A stretch of DNA of 64,000 nucleotides. Source: an uncultured Candidatus Saccharibacteria bacterium. Lineage in GTDB: Bacteria; Patescibacteriota; Saccharimonadia; Saccharimonadales; CAIOMD01. The stretch covers positions 7,995 through 71,994 of the forward strand of contig CAZMHM010000005.1 in NCBI GenBank assembly GCA_964566135.1. Direction: 5' to 3'. Below, in pieces: positions 43,992 to 53,423 of this stretch; the first letter of the stretch is position 1, and each line of letters opens with the position of its first letter. The notes under the pieces are model-generated. The model was not told the DNA's origin, ran no database searches, and saw only the letters and a list, made by a program, of their open reading frames with translations. The position numbers and the translations under genes are program-made.

Positions 43992-44525
43992 ATGAGCAAG
44001 ATACATAAGATTACATTTATTATTCTCGTAGCGCTAATAGCACTGTACGTAAGTTTTTCCGTAGGATATTTACTGTCAGAAAATAGAGCTAAAGTTAATC
44101 AGGCGGCTTTGGACTCAAAAAAACCCGACGTGAACACGCTTTTTAAAATGGTGAATGAGGAACGAATAAAGCAAGGTAAGAGCGCGCTCGCTATCGACAG
44201 TCGACTACAAGCATCCGCAAATAGTAAATGTAGTGACATGCTTTACCAAAATTATTATTCTCACACCGACCCCTCAGGAGACACATGGGGGTTCATAAAA
44301 AAGGTTATGCCAAATTATAAATTTGCAGGCGAAAATCTTGCAGTTTCAAACCAGGGTACTCAAGCTGTTTTTGCTGGATGGCTCAACAGCAAAGAGCACA
44401 GAGATATTCTACTCAAGGATGACTTCACAATTACAGGGTTTGCAGTCTGTACGAAGCCCAACTATGCGGGTTTTGGCACACACCATAATGCATTTTTGGT
44501 TGTCGAACACTTTTCTGGCCTATAG
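43992..44525 (+). CDS. CAP/SCP (PR-1, YkwD-like) domain secreted protein
   Basis: N-terminal anchor, then VNEERIKQGKSALAID, YYSHTDPSG, GENLA and WLNSKEHRDILL, which are typical SCP/YkwD motifs. Confidence 0.8.
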   Translation: MSKIHKITFIILVALIALYVSFSVGYLLSENRAKVNQAALDSKKPDVNTLFKMVNEERIKQGKSALAIDSRLQASANSKCSDMLYQNYYSHTDPSGDTWGFIKKVMPNYKFAGENLAVSNQGTQAVFAGWLNSKEHRDILLKDDFTITGFAVCTKPNYAGFGTHHNAFLVVEHFSGL

Positions 44526-44589
44526 TTTTCTCCAGCGTCAATTAGCCTACTATACCTACCCAATCTTAAAGATGCGCCGAAAAATGAAC

Positions 44590-45375
44590 TTATTTTATTA
44601 AATAACCTAATACGCCACCGGCTACCGCAATAGCAACAATTAACAATAAGAATTTTTTCTTATCACTAATAGCTGGCGATATTAAGCCAATCATAAACGC
44701 AATCGGTAGAGTAAGCCCCAAGCCCAACCAAAGAAAGTCAATGCCAGAAAGCTTTGTAGCAGCTTGGGCGCTTGCTAACACTAATGCTACAATCGCAGCA
44801 AATACGCCCAAAATCTCAACGTTTCTCATTCTTTCCTTGTAAACATCATCTTTAAGTCTTTCGATTTCAACCTGAGTATTTATCTGTCTTATGTCGCTAA
44901 TAATACTCGTGCGGAGATTAGCCATATCAGCAGAAGTAGATATTTGAGATTGAAGCCAATCTCTTAATGCTTCGGGTTGCACAGATATTACTGAAAAATC
45001 TTCGAGGCTAGTTTCTTGATTTGACAACTCGATTGCCACGTTAATCTCTCCAAGCGCTTGGTCAAGATTTGAAATATCATTAAATTGAGTATAGAGAATA
45101 TATGCTTTAAGTCTGTGCGGTTGAGACCAGTTATTGTTATATCTTATGGAACGATTAAGTTCAGCTAGCGCTTCGTTAAAATCCCCAGAGTCATAGAGAA
45201 AAGTTGCCTTAGTGTAACTAAAAAATGCTGGTGCCTCTGAATTTAGAATTATTTTATCCAAGCTCTCCACAGCTGATTCAAATTTGCGTTGTCCTGCAAA
45301 ATTTATCGCTTTCTGCCATTCCAGGTCTTCATTGTAACTATCCAGCTTTTTGCTCATTTCTATAGCTCTCCCCAA
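44590..45375 (-). CDS. TPR-like repeat protein with C-terminal transmembrane helices
   Basis: 261 aa with N-terminal TPR-like helices (GDFNEALAELNRSIRYNNNW), a coiled middle part and 2 to 3 C-terminal TM helices. It is AT-rich (21/60 G+C in line 45121) and overlaps the polA 3' end by 16 nt. Confidence 0.55.
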   Translation of the reverse strand: MGRAIEMSKKLDSYNEDLEWQKAINFAGQRKFESAVESLDKIILNSEAPAFFSYTKATFLYDSGDFNEALAELNRSIRYNNNWSQPHRLKAYILYTQFNDISNLDQALGEINVAIELSNQETSLEDFSVISVQPEALRDWLQSQISTSADMANLRTSIISDIRQINTQVEIERLKDDVYKERMRNVEILGVFAAIVALVLASAQAATKLSGIDFLWLGLGLTLPIAFMIGLISPAISDKKKFLLLIVAIAVAGGVLGYLIK

Positions 45376-47981
45376 TTTTCGCCGATATGTACATCAACGG
45401 ATAATTTAATGCCAAGGTCGGGCGCAATCCCTTCCATGACGTCTTTTAGTACGCCTGCAACTTGGTTAGCTTTGTCGGCTGGGCATTCGACTAAAATACT
45501 ATCGTGAATCTGTAGCAGCTGCTTACAATCGCTTGGTAGCGCATTATCCACTGCCACCATGGCAAGTTTCATAATGTCAGCCTCGGTGCCTTGTATTGGC
45601 ATGTTTACCGCTTGCCTATATGCCGCCTCGCGCACAATAAAGTTACTACTATGCACGTCTGGTGTTGGGCGGCGGCGACCATATAAGGTTTCTACATAGC
45701 CTTCGGTTTTGGCTTGGTCACGTAGACCCTTAATGTAATCAACCAGTGGCTGGCGTGATGCAAAATATCTATCAATAAAATTACGCGCATCACCAAATGT
45801 CATGCCGGTTGCGGCAGCTAGGCCATGCGGGCTCATGCCATATAGCACGCCAAAGTTAATAGTTTTAGCGGCGCTACGCTGTTCTTTGGTTACATCCTCT
45901 AGCGCAATGCCATACACTTCGGCTGCGGTGCGTACATGAATATCTTCGCCATTGTTAAACACTTCTATCATGTCGGTGTCGTGTGCCATCACGGCTGCTA
46001 GGCGGAGTTCGAACTGGCTGTAATCTGCGCTCACAAATGTATTGCCCGGCGCGGCCACAAATGCAGTACGAATTGTTTTGCCTAGTTCGCTACGAACTGG
46101 AATATTTTGTAGGTTCGGATCAACACTACTTAGGCGCCCTGTTTGAGCAACTGTTAAATTAAATGTTGTGTGCACGCGACCGTCTGGCGTCGCTTGGTTT
46201 GGCAATGCATCTACATAGGTACTTTTAAGCTTGGTATATTCACGGAATTTGGTAATCTCGTTAATAATTGGGTGCAAACCGCGTAATTTATCAAGCTCGT
46301 TGGCAGCCGTGCTGTAGCCGGTTTTACCTTTTTTAACACCTTGGGTTGGCAGTTCCATGTCCTCGAACAAAACCTTAGCAAGTTGTTGCGGGCTGGCTAT
46401 GTTAAACTCTTGCTCGGCGTAGCCATAAATTGTTTGTTCAATATCGCTAATTTTATCTTCGAGGCTCGTGCTCATACGTTGCAGGTACGGAACATCCAGG
46501 CTGATGCCCTCTTTTTCCATGCTGGCAAGCACAGGTATTACGGGCCACTCAATGGTTTTTGCAAGCTCGGCAACCTTTGGCATTTTTGCTAAATCAGCGC
46601 GCTGGTGTTTTGTGAGCTCAACAAGTGCGGCAATATATGCGGGTGCAAATTCGCCAATGTCTTCTGTTGGGACATCAAATAAATCGGTGGCTTGCAGGCC
46701 AATAATGTCGGCGAGTTCGCTTAGGCCAAGCGCCCTATCAAGCGAATTAACCAAAAACGCACCAACCTGCACATCGTGCGCTACTGCAACGTCACTAACA
46801 CCCAAGCTCAATAATGATTTAAGTGACGATTTAACATCATAACCAACAACTGGCTTTGTGAAATACTTGGCATACTTAGCAAAATCTTTTGCCTCAATTA
46901 TCGTGACCCAATCTGCTGTACCAACTACCAGACACAACGGATCAACACCATGAGAACCTTTACTGCGGGCATATAGGTAAAGTTCGGGTGCGCTCGCAAA
47001 ATCAGCGCTATCGGGACCAACCAGTTTTGGTACATTTTGAGCCATGGTAGCTGGTGCTGGGTGCGCTGGTCCCTCGCCGGGCTTGATATCGGTATGTACG
47101 GGCAAGTCGCCCATTTGCCTAATAATTGCCCGAAATTCGAGCTTCTCTAAATTAGCACGCAAGCGTGCAGCATCAAATTTGTGCACGTTCATGGCGTCTA
47201 AGTCTAAATCGATTGGGGCATCGATATATAATGTCGCCAATTTCTTACTCATCATTGCACTGTCTTTACCGGCGATTAACTTTTTCTGTACAGCACCACT
47301 AATAAGGTCGATATTATCGTAGATTTCATCGAGCGATTTATACGTGTTTAATAGATTACGGGCTGCAACTGCGCCAATGCCGGGAACACCCGGAATATTA
47401 TCGCTGGTGTCGCCAACTAACGATTTGTAATCTAAGAACTGCTCTACTTGGATACCGTATTTTGCCTCAAAGGCTTCCTCTTTAAACAAATCGATATTAA
47501 AGCCCTTTTGCGGCAAATATACATGGGTAGTTTTGTTTAGGAGTTGCAGTGAATCATAATCGCCAGTCACTAAAATTACTTCTATGCCTTCGGCCTGAGC
47601 TTTTTTGGCAAGGCCCGCCATAATATCGTCTGCCTCGTAATCGTCTAGCTCGTACATAGGCCAACCAAACGCTTCTAGTAGCTCATGCAAGATTGGAATT
47701 TGTGCATAAAAATCGGGTGGCGCTGGTTTGCGCCCCGCCTTGTATTCGGGATAAATTTCGAGCCGTTTGCGGATGTTGGTTTTGGGTTTATCCCACGCAA
47801 CAGCAACGTAATCAGGGTTTAACTTTTTAATAACATCAAGGCTGAGCACGGTAAATCCGTAAACTCCGCCAGTTGGTACGCCATCTTTTGTCGCGAGCGT
47901 TGGCATCGCGTAATAACCACGGTAAAAAACGCTCTTACCGTCAATAAGTACTAATCTTTTATTCGGTTCACTCGCAGCTAT
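45360..47981 (-). CDS. polA: DNA polymerase I
   Basis: It has a 5'-nuclease domain, a 3'-5' exo-like region and polymerase motifs (DYSQFELR, RSAAKTINFGVLYGM, QIHDSI). The conserved N-terminus KRLVLIDGKSVFYRGYYA lies upstream of the ORF-track ATG (47906). The only plausible start is ATA at 47981, behind AAGAGGA. Confidence 0.9.
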   Translation of the reverse strand: MAASEPNKRLVLIDGKSVFYRGYYAMPTLATKDGVPTGGVYGFTVLSLDVIKKLNPDYVAVAWDKPKTNIRKRLEIYPEYKAGRKPAPPDFYAQIPILHELLEAFGWPMYELDDYEADDIMAGLAKKAQAEGIEVILVTGDYDSLQLLNKTTHVYLPQKGFNIDLFKEEAFEAKYGIQVEQFLDYKSLVGDTSDNIPGVPGIGAVAARNLLNTYKSLDEIYDNIDLISGAVQKKLIAGKDSAMMSKKLATLYIDAPIDLDLDAMNVHKFDAARLRANLEKLEFRAIIRQMGDLPVHTDIKPGEGPAHPAPATMAQNVPKLVGPDSADFASAPELYLYARSKGSHGVDPLCLVVGTADWVTIIEAKDFAKYAKYFTKPVVGYDVKSSLKSLLSLGVSDVAVAHDVQVGAFLVNSLDRALGLSELADIIGLQATDLFDVPTEDIGEFAPAYIAALVELTKHQRADLAKMPKVAELAKTIEWPVIPVLASMEKEGISLDVPYLQRMSTSLEDKISDIEQTIYGYAEQEFNIASPQQLAKVLFEDMELPTQGVKKGKTGYSTAANELDKLRGLHPIINEITKFREYTKLKSTYVDALPNQATPDGRVHTTFNLTVAQTGRLSSVDPNLQNIPVRSELGKTIRTAFVAAPGNTFVSADYSQFELRLAAVMAHDTDMIEVFNNGEDIHVRTAAEVYGIALEDVTKEQRSAAKTINFGVLYGMSPHGLAAATGMTFGDARNFIDRYFASRQPLVDYIKGLRDQAKTEGYVETLYGRRRPTPDVHSSNFIVREAAYRQAVNMPIQGTEADIMKLAMVAVDNALPSDCKQLLQIHDSILVECPADKANQVAGVLKDVMEGIAPDLGIKLSVDVHIGENWGEL

Positions 47982-48047
47982 AGTGGTATCCTCTTAAACC
48001 GTATAAATTCAGTATACGACATCAGGGGTCAAATAACCTACAGCGGT

Positions 48048-48455
48048 TTAACGCGTTGCTTTTTTGAGGCGGCGACGTTCGCGCTCGGACAAGCCACCCC
48101 ATATGCCGAACCGTTCATCTTTATCGAGCGCATATTCAAGACAATCGACCCTAACATCGCACGTGGTGCAAACGCGCTTTGCTTCGCGCGTACTTCCACC
48201 CTTTTCAGGAAAGAACGCTTCTGGGTCGGTTTGTGCACAGAGTGCTTGCTCGTGCCATGCAAGTACTTCTGGCTCAAGCAAATCAAGTATCGTAGTCCTT
48301 GTTTCAGAATCGTCTTCTTGGGCAGCAGCAGCGGCTCGTTCCCGCTGTTGCCTATATTGCTCGTTGAGCCGTGCAACTTCCTCGGCAGTTGGCTTATCTG
48401 CATTACCAGTTGCGGTTGTAGGAGTATACGGTTGCTGCTTGGTACTATCGGGCAA
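48048..48455 (-). CDS. whiB: WhiB-like (Wbl) iron-sulfur transcription factor
   Basis: Four Cys in the Wbl pattern (ALCAQ...VCTTCDVRVDC), the GIWGG turn and the basic tail RERRRLKKATR. An N-terminal extension of about 70 aa precedes them. Confidence 0.85.
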   Translation of the reverse strand: MPDSTKQQPYTPTTATGNADKPTAEEVARLNEQYRQQRERAAAAAQEDDSETRTTILDLLEPEVLAWHEQALCAQTDPEAFFPEKGGSTREAKRVCTTCDVRVDCLEYALDKDERFGIWGGLSERERRRLKKATR

Positions 48456-48463
48456 TCGATTGT

Positions 48464-49966
48464 CTACTTCGACCGCCCCTTCTTGAAAGACCGTCTTGCT
48501 CCGTTTTGAGCATGGTGCGGCTGTGGTACTTCGGGGGCACCGGCTAACTTACTGCCAATAAGATAGTTCGAAACAGCCAAGAATGATTCCATTGCGCTGG
48601 TGCCAACGTATCGCAACTGTAAATTATGCTGACGTTGGTAGGTCGCAATTGTTTTAGTGGCTAGGTTATCAAGCCCAATGATATTTGCCATTGCGTTCCA
48701 GTTATCTTGTGAAAACGGAAATCCTCTAATCCGCTGCCATCGTGGAGCGTAGGCGAGCATTAACGCTTTAAGCTGCTCGCGCGCCTGGGTTGCGTCTGGG
48801 TCAATATCAGACTCGCGTAAGATTGCGCCCATGCTAGCTGCTACTTCTGCACCCCAGAGTTCAAGCACTTGTGTAAGTACAGTGCCTTTAAGTTCTTCTA
48901 TCGTTTGCTGTTCGGCAGTTGGCTCGGCTACGGGCTGCACATCTGCAGCTCTATCAAAAATTTCACCGTCGGTCAGTTCATCAAGTGGTACTTCTATTTC
49001 TACTAAATCTGCTAGTGTTGGTTCTTCTGCTACTTCATCGTCTAGCTCAACCTCAGCAACTTCGGCTACATCGATTGGTTTTGGCTCTGCTCCTGCTTTG
49101 GTGTCTTTTGTATATCCACCCACTGGCTCGAGCCAAGTAGTCGCACTGTCGCCGCTAAACAGCATGTCAGCAGCTGCCTCTAGCACCTCAGGCGAGTATT
49201 CTCGATGAATAATTATCATTAGTTTATTGCGGCCTAGTCGAACACCCGTTGGTGTAATGTTTGCAAGCTTAGCAATATGAGAATCTTTGAAACCATCAAG
49301 ATAGAGCTTAAGTCTTTCAACCTGCTGCAGTGCTATCTCATGCTTATTATTCTTAGGCAAATAGAGTTTCTCTGTAATTTCGACAAGTTGGCTTATCTGG
49401 CCGACTGTTAATGAGTCTGCTCGGTCATCACCAAAAAGTTTTTTTGCAAAATCAACTGCGTTTTGCGAAGCGGGGGCATCTTCTTCGTGGCTGGGCGCAA
49501 CATCCCGTTGCGTATCAAAATCCACTGCAACTGTATCTGATTGATCTGTGGTTTCTTCAACAATCTCACGAGGTTCTGGTGGCATCAGAACTGACTCTTC
49601 AGCGTCCGTATCGGGTTCTTGAGTTTCGATTACTTCGACTGACTCTGGTACCGTAGCAACGGGAATTTCGGGAGTTGGTTCAACAGCATGCAGTCTTCGC
49701 CGGCTCAGTTGTTCCTCTACAAGTAATCGCAAATCAACCGGCTCGCCTTCGGCTTGTTCGAGCGCTATAACAAGTGATGACAATGCTAGCATCGCGTGCA
49801 TACGATTACGTGGTGACATGGTATCGATTCTTGTCGCTAGCAACGCTGCTTGCGCAGCCTCACCGCCCAATAGCGTAATAAGGTCTTGCGAAAACTGCTC
49901 GGCTGCACTTCGCTTTTCGGCGCCCTTAATACCGGAATTAGTAACACCAACATTAGGCTCAGTCAT
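48464..49966 (-). CDS. Large acidic hypothetical protein with a possible internal helix-turn-helix
   Basis: 500 aa with long E/D/P/V-rich segments. The segment SHIAKLANITPTGVRLGRNKL looks HTH-like. It lies immediately upstream of the whiB-like gene. Confidence 0.45.
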   Translation of the reverse strand: MTEPNVGVTNSGIKGAEKRSAAEQFSQDLITLLGGEAAQAALLATRIDTMSPRNRMHAMLALSSLVIALEQAEGEPVDLRLLVEEQLSRRRLHAVEPTPEIPVATVPESVEVIETQEPDTDAEESVLMPPEPREIVEETTDQSDTVAVDFDTQRDVAPSHEEDAPASQNAVDFAKKLFGDDRADSLTVGQISQLVEITEKLYLPKNNKHEIALQQVERLKLYLDGFKDSHIAKLANITPTGVRLGRNKLMIIIHREYSPEVLEAAADMLFSGDSATTWLEPVGGYTKDTKAGAEPKPIDVAEVAEVELDDEVAEEPTLADLVEIEVPLDELTDGEIFDRAADVQPVAEPTAEQQTIEELKGTVLTQVLELWGAEVAASMGAILRESDIDPDATQAREQLKALMLAYAPRWQRIRGFPFSQDNWNAMANIIGLDNLATKTIATYQRQHNLQLRYVGTSAMESFLAVSNYLIGSKLAGAPEVPQPHHAQNGARRSFKKGRSK

Positions 49967-50034
49967 GTTTGTCTCCCCGATTTATTGTTACGCATTATGC
50001 TCCCGTGATAAATATCACGCAAGCATAAGTACAA

Positions 50035-51294
50035 TTATTGTGCTGGCGCAGAGACAAGTTTGTTGTAAGTGCCCATTTTACTCGTGAGCATTTGCGTTAC
50101 TGGCTTACCGTTATTTAGTGCTGCGGTCAGCGCTTCGGTAGCAGCATCGATATTATCTACAACCATCCCCTTTTGCGTGGTTGCAACGGCCTTATCAACA
50201 TCTGCAGTAGCCACGCCAGAACTTGCCTGGAACCTGTTTGCCTGCTTAATAACGTATTCACGAATCATAGCTTTTGAAAACGACAAGTTAACATTATCTA
50301 CACCTGGCGTTTCACTCATTTGTAGCCAAGACAGCTTTTCGTCTGCAGTTGGCTTAATAATTGTCTTGCCATATTGCAGCGCGACAGCCGTATTAACGAG
50401 TGCGTTTGCGCGCGCCAAGTCATCCTCTAAATCGGTGCTATATACACTTGGTTTGAGCGTGACACGGTTTACGTTAATGACTGGATTAGTCATGTTGGTC
50501 ATTGCTACCTTTATACGGTCATTCACAAATTGCGGGTTGGTACGAAAGCCCTGGATTTCGGGTTGAATTTTAAGCTTCTTTTTTTCGATAACAAGCTTGG
50601 CATTTTCAGATTGAGTTTTCATAGAATTAATCGAGCTTGTTATGTAGCCATTAACCTGACGTTCGTTTACGGTAACAGCAGCGTCATAACGATGCTTATT
50701 AAGGTATGCAAACGGGTTAAATTTTCTGTGTGTTGCTTGATTTGCAAGTGAGGCTGTATCAACCTTAATCGAAAATTGACTAATGGGTACTTTGCGCACT
50801 AGGCCGCCATCGATAAAGGTAATCTGCATATCGCTTACGCGGTAATCGAGTGCTTTTTTAATCTGTGCCTCGTTAAGGCCACCAATAGATAGATCGCCAA
50901 CATAGGTAAAAGGTAGTGCCCTGCCACTGTATTTGTGGTTAACATAAAACCCTCCAGCTGCTAGCAAGGTTGCAAAACCAACAAGTACATACACACTTAC
51001 CGCAAATGCATGCGCCAAGCTTTGGTGCATAACGCGTTTTTTGTATGCTTTAGCGCCAACACTAAAATCAATGCTTTTTGGTTCTGCTGGTGCGTGCGTT
51101 GGTGCTGATACCACCGGTGCAGGCGCAGCAGGTTGTGCTGTCCCTACCGACATAGCGCTTATGGCGTGGTTGGACGCCGATGCAAAAGACGGCGTGAGCT
51201 GTCTTTGTGCGGGAGCGCGATGTCGTGGACGTCGAAAATCGTAGTCCACTATTTTGTTTCCCTTTTGTTTTAATCTAATTAAAATATCGCGCAA
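50035..51294 (-). CDS. Single-pass membrane protein with a large extracytoplasmic domain, function unknown
   Basis: 419 aa with TM helix AFAVSVYVLVGFATLLAAGGFYV. The ORF-track start is a TTG, so the true start is uncertain. Confidence 0.5.
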   Translation of the reverse strand: MRDILIRLKQKGNKIVDYDFRRPRHRAPAQRQLTPSFASASNHAISAMSVGTAQPAAPAPVVSAPTHAPAEPKSIDFSVGAKAYKKRVMHQSLAHAFAVSVYVLVGFATLLAAGGFYVNHKYSGRALPFTYVGDLSIGGLNEAQIKKALDYRVSDMQITFIDGGLVRKVPISQFSIKVDTASLANQATHRKFNPFAYLNKHRYDAAVTVNERQVNGYITSSINSMKTQSENAKLVIEKKKLKIQPEIQGFRTNPQFVNDRIKVAMTNMTNPVINVNRVTLKPSVYSTDLEDDLARANALVNTAVALQYGKTIIKPTADEKLSWLQMSETPGVDNVNLSFSKAMIREYVIKQANRFQASSGVATADVDKAVATTQKGMVVDNIDAATEALTAALNNGKPVTQMLTSKMGTYNKLVSAPAQ

Positions 51295-51376
51295 GCAAAA
51301 AAAGCTTATCGCAGGATATTTTTATTTAGATGTTTTTGCTTTTGTACAAGCAACTCCAGTTGCTACTTATGCTTTA

Positions 51377-51406
51377 ACTATACAAATGAATTAGTACCCT
51401 TGTCAA
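51377..51406 (-). promoter_or_regulatory. Candidate promoter for the 50035..51294 gene
   Basis: Minus strand reads TTGACA (51406..51401), 18 nt, then TATAGT (51382..51377). Confidence 0.4.
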
Positions 51407-51416
51407 CAAAATTACT

Positions 51417-51436
51417 AAAAAGGCCCTTTTAGGGCA
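51417..51436 (-). terminator. Short terminator after the histidine phosphatase gene
   Basis: The minus-strand RNA reads GCCCU-AAA-AGGGC followed by CUUUUUA. The stem is only 5 bp. Confidence 0.45.
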
Positions 51437-51464
51437 TTTACCTCATTAACCTTTTAGCAATATG

Positions 51465-52046
51465 TTAGCTATTAACTTCTTTAAAATCGCTGACTTTGCC
51501 GTCTTCCACATGAAACCACGCAACAAAGTCATGCGCGTTGCGACGTTCGTCTGCCTCGCTAACGCTGATATCACTTGCAGCAGCATAAATTGCGTTGATG
51601 GTGCCATCGTGCGCTACTAATAGTATTGAAGTGTCCGGATGCTCAAGTGCTGTCTTACCAAGAAAAGCCAAAACACGCTCTTGCATATGCCCCAATGATT
51701 CTCCATTCGGTGGCACGTATTCGGCCATGTTGAGCGGATAGCCACCAGCAATAACGTCTTCTATCTTCATATTGGCTAAATCACCATAGTTTACTTCTCG
51801 TAGCTCTGGCGTACGTTCTATCTCGGGCGTAAAACCAATCTCATGTGCAATGATGTATGCAGTTGTAAAGGCACGGCCTAAATCGCTCGAGATTATCTTA
51901 TCAAGATGAATATTGCGCAGCTTTTCAGCAGAAGATTGAGCGTTTTCTATACCAGCAGCGGTCAGCGGCGTATCAATCCAACCAGACATGCGCTGGTGCT
52001 TATTGTTTTCCGTCTGACCGTGTCTGCTGATATAAAAAGTTGTCAT
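51465..52046 (-). CDS. Histidine phosphatase family protein (phosphoglycerate mutase-like)
   Basis: The N-terminal RHGQTENN catalytic motif and a downstream LVAHDGTI. Confidence 0.8.
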   Translation of the reverse strand: MTTFYISRHGQTENNKHQRMSGWIDTPLTAAGIENAQSSAEKLRNIHLDKIISSDLGRAFTTAYIIAHEIGFTPEIERTPELREVNYGDLANMKIEDVIAGGYPLNMAEYVPPNGESLGHMQERVLAFLGKTALEHPDTSILLVAHDGTINAIYAAASDISVSEADERRNAHDFVAWFHVEDGKVSDFKEVNS

Positions 52047-52052
52047 AAAATG

Positions 52053-52928
52053 CTACTGTAGCAAACTATCCGTTTTTGCAACTTCACTTAAAATTTGTGT
52101 GAATTCTGGCTGTGCAGTAGATGGTTCTTGGCCACGAACTCGCGCAAGTGTTGCAGGACAATATGCAGCTACTTTAAACGCTCCCTTGCTACCAATTGCT
52201 CGCGAGCTAAAGTATGTTGAACTGGTCACAAGCGCAGCGTCTGAAACATCAAGCGTGCTCTTTAGGTACTCTGCTTGTTCAACAGGACTTGGCTGCGAAT
52301 ATTTTTGTGCACCTTCTGCATCGGTATAAAAAGTACGAGGAATAGCGTAGACAAAAATTTCTCTGTTGCGTACTGAGCCGAGCCTAATAAGCCCGTCTAC
52401 GCTAGTAGAATCATCTGATGCTTCAAAGCCTGGTAGGCTTCTGGCAACCTGCACAGCAACTGCAATTTCGGTATCGCCAACTTCTTCTTCGGTTACGTTA
52501 AGTAGTTCGGCCGTATTTGCACGCTCGCGTACTTTTTCGTCTTCTGATGTCTGCTTAATCGCACGATGTTCGGTACTCGCAATTACGATTGGGCCGGTGT
52601 ATTCACCTTCTAGCGCAACAACTAGCTCTGCGAGCATCTTGTGGCTTTGGCCACCTTCGATAATCGCAAGGCCATCTGCGCTTAATCCAGCCTTTTCTAG
52701 TGTTAGATCTTCGGCAAGTCCAATGCCTAGTTTGTCGGCTGCGATAGCGCGAATTGATGATTCTTTGTCTTCACTGTACTCAAATCCTACTGGAAGTTCT
52801 GAGTCAGCACGACGCTCGCCAGGCTGATCCAGTGGAACGCCTACAATTTCTTTAATCTTGCTAACACCTTCGTGCATACGACGAAGTTGTTCATTACTGT
52901 TTGGTTCTTGTGGTTCATGGGTTGTCAT
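52053..52928 (-). CDS. Hypothetical protein, distant paralogue of 54503..55510 (weak YdcF/DUF218-like pattern)
   Basis: 291 aa. IIEGGQSHKM and ALVTSSTYFSSRAIG line up by eye with LLLGGEQHSNRL and LLVSNNPYVHRTARN of the other gene. It is driven by stereotyped promoter copy B. Confidence 0.45.
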   Translation of the reverse strand: MTTHEPQEPNSNEQLRRMHEGVSKIKEIVGVPLDQPGERRADSELPVGFEYSEDKESSIRAIAADKLGIGLAEDLTLEKAGLSADGLAIIEGGQSHKMLAELVVALEGEYTGPIVIASTEHRAIKQTSEDEKVRERANTAELLNVTEEEVGDTEIAVAVQVARSLPGFEASDDSTSVDGLIRLGSVRNREIFVYAIPRTFYTDAEGAQKYSQPSPVEQAEYLKSTLDVSDAALVTSSTYFSSRAIGSKGAFKVAAYCPATLARVRGQEPSTAQPEFTQILSEVAKTDSLLQ

Positions 52929-52985
52929 AAAATGTGATTCCTTTCGTGAATTGTTAAAGATTTTTGTTTTATTACGATTAGTTAT

Positions 52986-53014
52986 ACATTAGCATTTTTA
53001 CAGTGTTTTGTCAA
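52986..53014 (-). promoter_or_regulatory. Stereotyped promoter copy B
   Basis: Minus strand reads ATTGACAAAACACTGTAAAAATGCTAATGT. The -35 box overlaps the stop of the 136-aa gene. A leader of about 55 nt with AAGGA precedes the ATG at 52928. Confidence 0.5.
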
Positions 53015-53421
53015 TGTTCTGTGTCGTGGTATGTTACATCCTCATAGGTTTCTGCAATTGCCTGCTTGGCCGATACAGCACCAGTGCACACAAACACTCC
53101 TGGCCCGATTTCACGTGGTTCGTCGCAGCCTTCGGCTACTAATATATCGCGAAGCTCATATCCTGCTTTTTCTATCAGCAGTCCGCCTTCTAGCAATAAT
53201 TTGGCAGCCTCATGGCTCATATCCGCAACCCCAAAATATTGCGCGGCAGTCAGCTTTTCGCCCGTGACTTCATCTTCGAATTCTGCGCCCGATGGACTAA
53301 GTACAGAACCAGCTTGTAACCGTGAAGCCATGCCCGCAAAAGCGATTGCTTTACACTGCGCAATTGATGGGCATGAATCAATGCATGCCTGCTTGGCTTC
53401 GCCGGGCTTGAATAATTCCAT
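53011..53421 (-). CDS. Hypothetical protein
   Basis: 136-aa ORF starting 2 nt after the stop of the 44-aa ORF. No motif recognised. Confidence 0.5.
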   Translation of the reverse strand: MELFKPGEAKQACIDSCPSIAQCKAIAFAGMASRLQAGSVLSPSGAEFEDEVTGEKLTAAQYFGVADMSHEAAKLLLEGGLLIEKAGYELRDILVAEGCDEPREIGPGVFVCTGAVSAKQAIAETYEDVTYHDTEH

Positions 53422-53423
53422 GA

